From positions 64,001-128,000 of the forward strand of contig JAWXAQ010000027.1 of the NCBI GenBank assembly GCA_034439575.1: a DNA stretch of 64,000 bases, in the 5' to 3' direction. Positions 1 through 9,496 of this stretch are shown piece after piece (position 1 is the first letter of the stretch; each line of letters starts with the position of its first letter). The translations under genes and the position numbers were made by a program. Below the pieces are notes generated by a model. The model saw nothing but the letters and a program-made list of their open reading frames with translations, was not told the DNA's origin and ran no database searches. This stretch comes from Leptospira sp. (lineage in GTDB: Bacteria; Spirochaetota; Leptospiria; Leptospirales; Leptospiraceae).

Positions 1-303
1 TTTTATGATGCTAGCCACGAGGCAAATCCTATGATTGAATTGAGCTTTGGAGAACATTTTCATGTTATTAGTGAAGGTGAAAGAAAAGAAAGATTCAAAA
101 ATCAATTGAATTTTGAGAATAAACCTTTTGAAATTATACCATCTAGTATACTCACCAAACAGATCGTGGAGGATATGTTGAATGGAAACTGTATTCTTAC
201 CTCCATTCAGGGAACCATGAATACCCACATGCATTTATTTAATGTGATAAATATCATGAATTCAAAATCGTTGGACCACAGTGAAATTTTTTCAATCACT
301 TGA
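1..303 (+). CDS. C-terminal part of a gene entering from upstream; possibly a Gfo/Idh/MocA-type oxidoreductase
   Basis: Frame is open from base 1 (FYDASHEANPMIEL...) to TGA at 303. The tail 'SILTKQIVEDML.G.C.LTS.....H...' ending 'FSIT' resembles oxidoreductases of nonulosonate clusters (by recall). Confidence 0.5.
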   Translation, partial: FYDASHEANPMIELSFGEHFHVISEGERKERFKNQLNFENKPFEIIPSSILTKQIVEDMLNGNCILTSIQGTMNTHMHLFNVINIMNSKSLDHSEIFSIT

Positions 304-370
304 GTTAGAACATTTCAAACATTAATAAGATTAAAATCGTCAAATTGATATAGGATAAAAGGAACTAAAA

Positions 371-556
371 ATGGACAAAGACATACTTAAAGGAAACTTC
401 AAAGTTAAGAAAGAAGTTGATTTAGCAAAATTGAAAAATGATTCTGAATCAAATGTGAGTGAAGAATTGAAACAGAAAGTTTTAGCTACCTTAGGTGGAA
501 GCATGGTTTATGTGGAACGAAATAAATTGACTTGGGATGGAGAGGCGCCAGAGTAG
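371..556 (+). CDS. small hypothetical protein/peptide (61 aa)
   Basis: AAGGA ribosome-binding site upstream of ATG; fills the gap between flanking genes; charged composition. Confidence 0.6.
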   Translation: MDKDILKGNFKVKKEVDLAKLKNDSESNVSEELKQKVLATLGGSMVYVERNKLTWDGEAPE

Positions 557-587
557 ATTCTTTCTCTCGCATTGCCATTATAAGCCT

Positions 588-1597
588 ATGCCACAAGAAA
601 AAAATGGAAAGTTTGATGCATTAGTCGATGAAATAACCGTTATTGGCCTGGAATATCATCTTGCAAGTTTAGATGATAATGTGAAGTCCAATCTTCCCTA
701 TATCAAAAAATCAATCAAAGACCTACCTACCCCTAGCTCTGATACTGGGATCGTGATATCTGCAGGCCCAAGTTTGCAGAAGAAAGGGTCTCTGGATAAA
801 ATAGTGAAATCTGGTTACAATAAACTCACAATTGCGACAGATGGATCTTACATTGCTGCACTCAAAAAAGGATTTGTTCCAGAATATGTTCTCACCTTAG
901 ATCCTCATCCCACTAGAATTGTACGTTGGTTTGGTGATCCAGATATTATTAAAAATCTGGAAAAGGATGACTATTTTGAAAGACAAGACCTAAACATTGA
1001 TTTTAGAAATAATACTCTAAATCAAAATGCTGAAAATATCGAAATCGTAAACAAACATGCCTCAAAAACAAAGGCAATTGTTGCAACAACAGTTCACATA
1101 TCGGTAACAAAGCGATTGATCGAGGCTGGTTTTGATATCTATTGGTGGCATCCACTCGTTGATGATCCTAACAAAGCTGACAGTTTGACTCGCAATTTTT
1201 ATGAAAAAATCAAATTGCCCTGCCTAAATACAGGGGGAACAGTAGGAACTACATCTTGGTTATTTGCCGAACTCATTCTGAAATTAAAGCATATAGCTGT
1301 AGTTGGAATGGATTATGGGTATTACAAAGATCTACCTATTGAGAAAACGCAAACTTATTACGAATTAGTGATGAAAGAAGGGCTTGATGGAGTAGAAAAA
1401 TATTTTATCGACCAAAAAACCCTCTGACCGGGGAAGATTTTTATATAGACCCGACATATTATTGGTATAGAAAGAATTTTTACGAATTGCTAGAAAATTC
1501 AAAGTCTAATATAAACAATTGTACCGAGGGCGGTACTCTAAATCACAAACAAATAAAGAATATGTTTTTGGATGATTTTTTAAGTCAACATAAGTGA
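588..1597 (+). pseudogene. Maf/MptE-like (DUF115) protein, frameshifted at A6 run 1414-1419 (or sequencing error)
   Basis: Motifs ISAGPSL, ATDGS, TLDPH, GGTVG, VGMD in the 588-1427 frame. The family's C-terminal NCTEGG motif lies in the -1 frame (1418-1597, stop TGA 1595-1597). Confidence 0.75.
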
Positions 1598-1615
1598 CAT
1601 CGAGAGGAAAAGAAC

Positions 1616-3205
1616 ATGGCAAAGATTCTACTAATTAACCCTATCATTCGAGAAGAAGATAAACCAAAACATATTCCATATGGACTATCTCTAATGGCAG
1701 CAATTGCTTTGGATAAAGGGCATGAGGTTCAATTTTACGATGCTAATGCTTGGAGACTTGGTTACGACGTTGTGGAGCAAGTAGCGACGGCGGACGATTG
1801 GGATATCATTGGTATCGGTGGATTGACCACTGCTTATTCCTCGATTAAGAAAATTGTAGGTATTTGCAAGAAAGCAGCCCCTAATAGTTTTATCATAGCT
1901 GGTGGTGGGTTTATTACGAGTATGCCACTTGATATTATGGATTGGATCAAAGAAATTGATCTAGGTGTGATAGGGGAAGCATTCCTCACTTGGCCAGAAA
2001 TTCTAGAAAAAGTTGATAAAAAAGATTATGACTTTAGCGAAACCTTAGGTATTTGTTATAGAGATAATGAAGGTAATCCAGTCTTAACCGATGTTAGACC
2101 AAATATAGCTGATTTAGACATTATTCCTTATCCTGCATGGGATCTCCTCCCCATGGACATTTATTTTGAAAATTCTCAATTATTATATAGTGAATCAGCT
2201 TACCTTGCTAAAAAACGAATCGATATCAACGGAAGTTTGGGTTGTAGCTTGGTATGTAAATACTGTTGGCACCTGGGCATTATCGGAGATATGACTGTCG
2301 AGAAAAACGCAAAAGGTGTTAAGGATGTAAGATTTTCCTACGGAAGAAACATTCGATACCATAGCCCTCGTTATATTATAGATATGGTTAAAACTCTAGT
2401 AAATAAATATAACATCGATTTTGTGAGTTTTATTGATGAAAATATGATGACTATGGATGCAGCCAGTGGGCGAACCTGGTTATTCGAGTTATGTGATCTT
2501 TGGATCAAAGAAGGATTACAACCAACCAGCAGAAGAGATGGAGTTCCAGATAGCGAAAACAAAGGTGGCGTTTTCTGGGGTGGAACCAGTCACGCAACAC
2601 TCCATACGGAAGAAGTTTTAAAAGCTATGTATAAGGCTGGCTGTTCCCACTTAGTTTATGGAATTGAGTCATTTGACCCCACTATCTTAAAAAACTTAGG
2701 TAAAGGTTCCAATCAAAAAAACAATTTGGATGCCATTCCTAAATGTATGGAAACTGGAATTATACCATTGCCAAATATCATTATTGGATTTCCGGAAGAG
2801 ACTTTTGATAGTGTGAGAACTACAATAGAATGTATGAAAAAAATCGGAATGTATTCTCGACCACATTTCGCGACTCCATACCCAGGTTCCGAATGGTACT
2901 ATACTTATAAAGATGCCATCTTAGAACAATACAATGGGGATTTAGAGGCATATATAGAAGATCTTGGTGATGCCTCCAAAATTACCGCGGTAATTTCTCA
3001 TAATTTTAGCCCCATTGAGTTACTTGGACTTCAGGAAATTGTGGCCAAAAGAGATCTTAGATTATTGGAACAAACCATTACGCATTACAAAAATAGCGGA
3101 CGTGTTAATAATGCATTAGAGAACCCTTATGTTCTTCCAAATGCAACTTTCAATATTATTAAGAAAAAGGTTACAACTCCTATTGAACAAGTGACAAGTA
3201 TTTGA
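1616..3205 (+). CDS. B12-binding domain radical SAM protein (class B methyltransferase-like)
   Basis: N-terminal cobalamin-binding-like domain (ILLINP...PYGL...IGEA), CSLVCKYC motif, GIES, IIGFPEET, TPYPGSEWY; GAGG RBS. Confidence 0.9.
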   Translation: MAKILLINPIIREEDKPKHIPYGLSLMAAIALDKGHEVQFYDANAWRLGYDVVEQVATADDWDIIGIGGLTTAYSSIKKIVGICKKAAPNSFIIAGGGFITSMPLDIMDWIKEIDLGVIGEAFLTWPEILEKVDKKDYDFSETLGICYRDNEGNPVLTDVRPNIADLDIIPYPAWDLLPMDIYFENSQLLYSESAYLAKKRIDINGSLGCSLVCKYCWHLGIIGDMTVEKNAKGVKDVRFSYGRNIRYHSPRYIIDMVKTLVNKYNIDFVSFIDENMMTMDAASGRTWLFELCDLWIKEGLQPTSRRDGVPDSENKGGVFWGGTSHATLHTEEVLKAMYKAGCSHLVYGIESFDPTILKNLGKGSNQKNNLDAIPKCMETGIIPLPNIIIGFPEETFDSVRTTIECMKKIGMYSRPHFATPYPGSEWYYTYKDAILEQYNGDLEAYIEDLGDASKITAVISHNFSPIELLGLQEIVAKRDLRLLEQTITHYKNSGRVNNALENPYVLPNATFNIIKKKVTTPIEQVTSI

Positions 3206-3927
3206 AGAAAGAAAAGAAAATCCTTACGTTTATAGGAGCTAGGGGAGGCTCCAAAGGATTAAAGGATAAGAATATTCTTCTTTTCGCAGGTAAGCCACTC
3301 ATTGCTTGGTCGATAGAAAGTTCTCTGTCCTCTAAACATATAAGTAAAACTATAGTTTCGACGGACAGTGAAGTTATCGCGAAAGTTGCCCTAGAATATG
3401 GGGCAACAGTTCCATTTATGAGGCCATCGGAACTAGCCACTGATACGAGCAATATCTATGATGCAATTCGTCACTCTCTTCATGCTCTGAATGCTCAAGG
3501 AGAATCCTTTGATTACATTGTTCTTTTACAACCGACTCAACCTTTACGACCAAATGGATTCCTAGATTCAGTCATTGATTATTATTTTTCAAATCAAAAA
3601 AGTGACCTAGATTCACTTATATCAGTAAAAGAAATCGATCCCAAATATAATTTACTCATGGAATTAACAAATGAGAATTATTTAAGGTATTTAAATTTTT
3701 CCAATCCAAATGTAGTGAATCGGCAAGATCTTAAAAAACTATATTTGGTATCTGGTGTCATTTATATTGCCCCCGTGAAAAAGATTTTATCGGGCGATAG
3801 ATTTGACTTTGGTAATGTATTACATTTCGTAACCGATGATTTGGTTTCGTCAGATATAGATACAAAAGAAGATTTTGACCAAGCATTGATAAATTATAAT
3901 ATTCTTAAATCACAAGGAAGGCTGTAA
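3202..3927 (+). CDS. neuA: acylneuraminate (nonulosonate) cytidylyltransferase, NeuA/PseF/LegF family
   Basis: ARGGSKGLKDKN, VSTDS, PFMRPSELATD, LLQPTQPLR, DIDT motifs; TTG start overlapping the upstream stop. Confidence 0.88.
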   Translation: MKKEKKILTFIGARGGSKGLKDKNILLFAGKPLIAWSIESSLSSKHISKTIVSTDSEVIAKVALEYGATVPFMRPSELATDTSNIYDAIRHSLHALNAQGESFDYIVLLQPTQPLRPNGFLDSVIDYYFSNQKSDLDSLISVKEIDPKYNLLMELTNENYLRYLNFSNPNVVNRQDLKKLYLVSGVIYIAPVKKILSGDRFDFGNVLHFVTDDLVSSDIDTKEDFDQALINYNILKSQGRL

Positions 3928-3929
3928 TC

Positions 3930-4205
3930 ATGACTCACGTAGTAACTTCAAAATGTAAGGATACACGATACACTGACTGTGTCGTCGTATGTCCTGTAGA
4001 TGCGTTTCACTTATTGGAAAATATGTTAGTAATCAATCCCGAATCTTGCATTGATTGTAGTGCATGTGTTACAGAATGTCCTGTAGCCGCTATTTATCCT
4101 GATGATAAAATACCTGATGAAGAAAAATCTTTTATCGTCTTTAATGCCGAACAATCAGAAAAATATCCTGTGATTTCGGCAAAAATTCCCCCATTAGTAA
4201 ATTAG
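3930..4205 (+). CDS. fdxA: 7Fe ([3Fe-4S]+[4Fe-4S]) ferredoxin, FdxA/Azotobacter FdI type
   Basis: C..(7)..YTDCVVVCPVDAF and CIDCSACVTECPVAAI cysteine patterns. Confidence 0.9.
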   Translation: MTHVVTSKCKDTRYTDCVVVCPVDAFHLLENMLVINPESCIDCSACVTECPVAAIYPDDKIPDEEKSFIVFNAEQSEKYPVISAKIPPLVN

Positions 4206-4229
4206 CATATTTTTAAACTCCAAAAAATA

Positions 4230-5333
4230 ATGGAGATTCGACAACTTCAAAAAAAAGATCTCTCTCTGCTACTTTCTTTTTTTAAATCTGCATATGGGAA
4301 TGAAACTATCTTTTCGGATTTAGGTTACCTTGAATGGTTTTTTTCTGACAAATCTTCGGAGATATCAAATTTTAATCATACAGGATTTATAGCATTAGAT
4401 TCAGGGAGAATAATTAGCCATTACGGATTATTACATTCCGTTTTTATTAAAGATCAAAATAAAATTCCTATCAAGTGGATGGTCAGTGCTTATACTTTGA
4501 AAGAATACAGATCCCAAGGGCTAAATACAAAAATCATTCAGTCCATCCAAAACACTTATGATACAGTTGGTGTTATCAGTTATCCGAAAGAAGCGATTCC
4601 ATTTTATGAAAACTTGGGTTTTTCAACTTTGAATGGGCAAAACTTTGATCGATACATTTTAAATTTAGACAATAGAACTTTTAATATTGTAAAAGATATA
4701 AACCAGGACGTAACGCTTGCTAAAGAAAAACTACCAATAAATTCTTCTCTAACACCAAGTTTGAATCAAAACATTATCATTCTTGATTTAAATAACTATT
4801 CAAATTATAGATTTGAATTTAGTTATGCTGAAGAATTTACATGTTTTAGAGATATATATTTTTATTTAAACAGGTTTATCAATCATCCGTTTGCAAAGTA
4901 TACAGTCAAAGCACTCATAATGGATAATAAAATTCTTGGAATGGTCGTTTCTAAAATTGAAACACTTTATCCCAGAATGGAAAAAGTAAATCGTATCATC
5001 GATATGTTTGGTAATCCTGAGGCTTTAACAGAATTATTGCAGAACATTCGAAATTTTTCTATAGAGGAAGATCTTCTCTACGTTGACTTTTCATGTTTTG
5101 GATCAAAATTTAAAACAATTTTGATAGATTGTGGATTTTCAATATTAACAGGGGATGAAGTCTCATTGTTACCTCAAGTAACTTATCCAATCGAAAATCG
5201 ACCAAATTTAGAATTTATAGCTTTATATTCAAAAAAAATTTCGAAATCATATTGGAATTCTGAAAATTTATACTTAACTCGAGCTGATTCTGATAGAGAT
5301 CGTTTAAACAAGGTGAGCCAATTATCTATATGA
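4230..5333 (+). CDS. GNAT-family N-acyltransferase
   Basis: Acetyl-CoA-binding motif EYRSQGL, FYENLGF; C-terminal LTRADSDRD. Confidence 0.7.
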   Translation: MEIRQLQKKDLSLLLSFFKSAYGNETIFSDLGYLEWFFSDKSSEISNFNHTGFIALDSGRIISHYGLLHSVFIKDQNKIPIKWMVSAYTLKEYRSQGLNTKIIQSIQNTYDTVGVISYPKEAIPFYENLGFSTLNGQNFDRYILNLDNRTFNIVKDINQDVTLAKEKLPINSSLTPSLNQNIIILDLNNYSNYRFEFSYAEEFTCFRDIYFYLNRFINHPFAKYTVKALIMDNKILGMVVSKIETLYPRMEKVNRIIDMFGNPEALTELLQNIRNFSIEEDLLYVDFSCFGSKFKTILIDCGFSILTGDEVSLLPQVTYPIENRPNLEFIALYSKKISKSYWNSENLYLTRADSDRDRLNKVSQLSI

Positions 5334-6325
5334 GGCAAGTTACTATATTATCATACCATTATGTTCGAGATCTAAAAAGAACTCGTTATCCAGAAATAAA
5401 AGGATTAGATTTAATTAATTTCAAAGGGCAGATTGAATATTTATTAAAGCATTACCAGTTTATTACTATGGAAGAATTTTTGCTCGCATTGCATGGAAAT
5501 CTTACTTTGCCCAAAAACTCGGTGATGTTAACTTTTGACGATGGTTACCTTGATCATTATGAAAGTGTATTTCCAATTCTAAGACAAAAAGGTATTCAGG
5601 GATCATTTTTTATTCCAGTAGCACCTTTGTTAGAAGGAACAGTGCTAGATGTAAATAAAATTCATTTTATATTGGCAACAGCTTTACAAAAGACAAAATT
5701 TAAAGAACTTCATTCCAATATATTATCACTCTTAGACAAATATAGAGTTGAGTTTAATTTAAATACTAACGAATATTACTTAAACATAAATTTCCCTGGA
5801 AACGGCCTTGATACAAAGGAAGTAATATTTATCAAGCGATTACTCCAATCAGAGCTTCCAGAAATAGTTAGAAGTAAAATCGTTAATGAACTATTTCTGG
5901 AATATGTAGGTGTCTCTGAATCGATTTTTAGTCGTGAATTGTATATGAGTCGTGATCAAATATTAGCAATGAAGCATGATGGTATGTATTTCGGAAGTCA
6001 TGGTTATAAACATTATTGGTTAAATTCTTTGGATAGGGAACAACAGTTCAATGATATCAAAAAATCTTTGGATTTCCTTATCGATATTGGCATAAATGAA
6101 AAAGATTGGACAATTTGTTATCCTTATGGAGCTTATAATGCCGAGACGATCGAAGTATTGAAAGAGCTTAATTGTCGAGCTGCCTTTATTGATCCATCAG
6201 TAACAGACATCACCTATTTAGATCGAGTATCTTACTTTGAATTTCCTAGAATTGATACAATAGAATTTCCTTATTCATTCGATCAGAAGATTTGTAAGTG
6301 GACTGAAAAAATGATACAAGGATGA
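5330..6325 (+). CDS. polysaccharide deacetylase (NodB/CE4 family)
   Basis: YHYVRD, LTFDDGY, GSHGYKH, CYPYG motifs. Confidence 0.88.
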   Translation: MRQVTILSYHYVRDLKRTRYPEIKGLDLINFKGQIEYLLKHYQFITMEEFLLALHGNLTLPKNSVMLTFDDGYLDHYESVFPILRQKGIQGSFFIPVAPLLEGTVLDVNKIHFILATALQKTKFKELHSNILSLLDKYRVEFNLNTNEYYLNINFPGNGLDTKEVIFIKRLLQSELPEIVRSKIVNELFLEYVGVSESIFSRELYMSRDQILAMKHDGMYFGSHGYKHYWLNSLDREQQFNDIKKSLDFLIDIGINEKDWTICYPYGAYNAETIEVLKELNCRAAFIDPSVTDITYLDRVSYFEFPRIDTIEFPYSFDQKICKWTEKMIQG

Positions 6326-7779
6326 TTATTAACTTTTTAAAAAAACGGATAAACAATCCATCTATCTTAGATCTACTTCATAACTCTATTATTTATTTAG
6401 TCGGAAATGGGCTGATTGCCGCGCTCGCATTTTTTGGGTCAAGTATCCTGACTCGATTTATTCCGCCAGAGGATTATGCGATCATTAGTTTATTAGAAAG
6501 TTATAAATCGATATTCATATGTTTGGTTACATTTAATACCTATACGGCTCTTGGAAGATATTTATATGAGGATACCGATGATAAGAAAGTATTTTTTGGT
6601 ACTTTGTTTATTTTCAGTTTTTCACTAATCCTGTTATTTCAAGGTATTACGATATTCTTTCTCGATTTTTTTTCTGATCTTTATGATTTGCCAACGCGTG
6701 CTACCCTTTTGATAGCACCGATGTTACTCATATTTCTCCTCTCGTCCTTATATGAGCAATTTTTTATTCCAAAAAGAAAAAGTAAAAAGATAATCATCAG
6801 AAAAGTAATTTATCACTATCTCTCTTTCGGATTATCACTATATTTAGCACAAAGATTTTTGGATGAAAAATACCTAGGTTATTTATATGGTTTGATAGGC
6901 GCTGGTTTTATTTTCGGCCTCGTTTATTTTATAGAGCTATATAAATATATAGAATTCAAATTCAATTTCAAACATCTAAACTATATGTTATCATATTCAC
7001 TACCTTTATTGCCATATACATTAAGTGGAGTTATATTGGCACAATTTGATAAAATAATGATAAATAACATAACGGGAAAATTGGACACAGGATTATATAG
7101 TTTTGCAAGCAATGTCGGTATGATAATTCCCCTTTTGAATAGTTCATTTGCTTTGGCTTGGATGCCGAGCTATTATAAATTTATGGAAGAGAAAGATTCC
7201 AAATCGCTGGTAAATGAATTCTCAATCATTTTGCGTTTGTTATTTCTAGCGTCAGTTGGATTGCTTTTTTTCGGAAAAGAGGTTATAACTATTTTGTCTC
7301 CAACTAAATATCATGGAGCAGTCGACGCCTTGCCTTCCATAATATTTAGTTTTTTTATTTATATCATTTTTACATACTATTCATGGATTTTTAGCTTTCT
7401 GAAACGCAATTCATTTTTATCGATGATCGTTTTATGTGGAGGTATCATTAATATTTACTTAAATTCTGTATTTATACCTATTTACGGTTATATTGCCGCA
7501 GCATATACAACGATAGTATCTTATGTGATTATGTTAATGTCTTCGTATTTTTTAACTAGATATTATTTTAAATCATTTTATTTTCCGATGAATGTAAATT
7601 TATTATATATTATATTTTTTTTATTTTTAGGCTTAGCTTTTCCGTTGATAAATGAATTGTTTGAAGAGCGATTGCTAATATTTTATTCGATTAAAATACT
7701 TTTATTGTCTCTTGTTATTTTATTATGTTATTTAGAGTATAAGTTTTCTATAATAATACGTAACTATAAAGTATTATAA
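6322..7779 (+). CDS. wzx: O-antigen/oligosaccharide flippase Wzx
   Basis: About 12-14 hydrophobic segments; LTRFIPPEDY, YSLPL, DKIMI, GLYSFA, N..FIPIYGYIAAAYTT typical of the MOP/Wzx family. Confidence 0.88.
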   Translation: MIINFLKKRINNPSILDLLHNSIIYLVGNGLIAALAFFGSSILTRFIPPEDYAIISLLESYKSIFICLVTFNTYTALGRYLYEDTDDKKVFFGTLFIFSFSLILLFQGITIFFLDFFSDLYDLPTRATLLIAPMLLIFLLSSLYEQFFIPKRKSKKIIIRKVIYHYLSFGLSLYLAQRFLDEKYLGYLYGLIGAGFIFGLVYFIELYKYIEFKFNFKHLNYMLSYSLPLLPYTLSGVILAQFDKIMINNITGKLDTGLYSFASNVGMIIPLLNSSFALAWMPSYYKFMEEKDSKSLVNEFSIILRLLFLASVGLLFFGKEVITILSPTKYHGAVDALPSIIFSFFIYIIFTYYSWIFSFLKRNSFLSMIVLCGGIINIYLNSVFIPIYGYIAAAYTTIVSYVIMLMSSYFLTRYYFKSFYFPMNVNLLYIIFFLFLGLAFPLINELFEERLLIFYSIKILLLSLVILLCYLEYKFSIIIRNYKVL

Positions 7780-7837
7780 TTTTTATTCAAAGTGAATTCG
7801 TTGGTAACAAGAATTATTAAATGCAGTTGGAGTGAAT

Positions 7838-8794
7838 ATGTACAATTTTAAGAATTTTGAAGAAGTTTATAAGACGGTAAGGAATGTAACTGAGGCATTA
7901 GAATTTCCTCCTTATATTACCTTTGAATTAACTAGTTTTTGTAATTTAAAATGTGTTATGTGTTCGCATACATATATGGGTCGAAGTCAGAGTCATATGG
8001 ATTTTGAATTATTTAAAAAGGCAATAGATCAAATCGCCGTATATGGATCTGCTATACGTTTTATCGGTTTTTCTGAACCCTTTATGCATCCCAAAATTAT
8101 GGATGCAATTCGATATGTAAAATCTAAAGGATTGTTGTTGCATATAACAAATAACGGTACTGTTTTAAAAAAAGAGCAAATCGATCAACTATTGGAAATT
8201 GGCGTCGATTCAGTTATATTTTCCATGCAGGGTACAACTAAGGAAGAGTATGAAACAATTCGCCAGAACGATAAGTATGAGAAATTGATTGAGAATGCGA
8301 AAACGCTTTTCGAACGTCGTGGGAAAGATCGTAAGTCGCCTTCTATAAAGATTACAACAACGATCACAAGTCGCGATTCTGAAGAATCAGCTAAAGAATT
8401 TCTGCAGGCTCATGCTGCTTATACAGATGAAGTTCAGATTAGTGGATGGACTATTTTTTCAAGAGTATCAGGTGATTTTAATAGAAATGAAATTGCTAAT
8501 AATCTTGGTGTTTTACCATTTTCAAAAAATGAAAACGCTACATGTATGATACCATTGTATGAAATGTCTATTAATTCAAACGGTAAAGTTTCTCCTTGTT
8601 GTGATGATGCTGATGAATCTTTGGTCATCGGAGATATTAATAAACAATCGCTTTTGGAAATTTGGCATTCCGAAAAAATGAAAAATGTGAGAGACTTAAC
8701 AACTTCAGGAAAACTTGATGAATTGACAAACTGTGCAAATTGTCCTCAAAATTTTTCAGAAAGCCCTGTCTTTGCTGTTCATGATAAAAAATAG
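7838..8794 (+). CDS. radical SAM/SPASM(twitch)-domain protein
   Basis: ELTSFCNLKCVMC motif; EPFMHP; C-terminal C..PCCDD...IGDI..SLLEIW...CANC. GGAG RBS favours ATG 7838 over GTG 7832. Confidence 0.88.
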   Translation: MYNFKNFEEVYKTVRNVTEALEFPPYITFELTSFCNLKCVMCSHTYMGRSQSHMDFELFKKAIDQIAVYGSAIRFIGFSEPFMHPKIMDAIRYVKSKGLLLHITNNGTVLKKEQIDQLLEIGVDSVIFSMQGTTKEEYETIRQNDKYEKLIENAKTLFERRGKDRKSPSIKITTTITSRDSEESAKEFLQAHAAYTDEVQISGWTIFSRVSGDFNRNEIANNLGVLPFSKNENATCMIPLYEMSINSNGKVSPCCDDADESLVIGDINKQSLLEIWHSEKMKNVRDLTTSGKLDELTNCANCPQNFSESPVFAVHDKK

Positions 8795-8811
8795 TTTAGG
8801 TAAAAAATACC

Positions 8812-9411
8812 GTGAATGAATATTTTGTTCATGAATCATCCTATATAGATGAAGGTGTGGAAATTGGATCAGGAACAAAAATTTGGCATTTTTGTCATGT
8901 ATTGTCTGGTTCAAAAATCGGAAGCAATTGTTCCTTTGGTCAAAATTGTGTCATTGGGCCAAAAGCACTCATTGGGAATGGTGTAAAAGTTCAAACAAAT
9001 ATATCCATCTATGAGGGAGTAGAAATAGAGGACGATGTATTTTTAGGGCCTTCCATGGTCTTTACTAATGTGATCAATCCCAGAAGTTTTATCGTTCGTA
9101 AAAGTGAGTATAAAAAAACAATTTTGAAAAAAGGTTGTACGGCTGGTGCAAATGTGACTATCATTTGCGGTGTTACGATCGGCGAATATGCTATGTTAGG
9201 CGCTGGATCAGTAATTACAAAAAATGTTAAACCTTTTGCTCTGATGGTTGGAAATCCAGCCAGGCAGGTAGGATGGATTAGTCGTTATGGAGAAAAGATG
9301 ATTTTACCTCTTAAAGGAAGTGGAAAATTTATTTGCCCTCATTTGGCTGATGAATACCAACTTGACGGTGAATATGTTTCTCTTATTGAAAATTCAAATA
9401 AAAAACTTTAA
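8812..9411 (+). CDS. hexapeptide-repeat sugar N-acetyltransferase (WbpD/WlbB-like)
   Basis: IGSGTKIWHFCH, VFLGPSMVFTNVINPRS, VGNPARQVGW. Confidence 0.9.
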   Translation: MNEYFVHESSYIDEGVEIGSGTKIWHFCHVLSGSKIGSNCSFGQNCVIGPKALIGNGVKVQTNISIYEGVEIEDDVFLGPSMVFTNVINPRSFIVRKSEYKKTILKKGCTAGANVTIICGVTIGEYAMLGAGSVITKNVKPFALMVGNPARQVGWISRYGEKMILPLKGSGKFICPHLADEYQLDGEYVSLIENSNKKL

Positions 9412-9496
9412 TTCGTTTTCAATATGATAAGTGATTTTTTAACTCTAAAATAATATCTGTTTACTATATAAATTCAGGAATTAGCGCAAAGATAAT

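Noticed and set aside
537-587. ORF-track N-terminal extension MERRQSRFFLSHCHYKP, and the idea that 371-556 and the Maf-like gene are one frameshifted gene
   Set aside because: The extension overlaps the upstream ORF and looks non-protein-like. ATG 588 is more plausible, and I found no slippery site or motif continuity.
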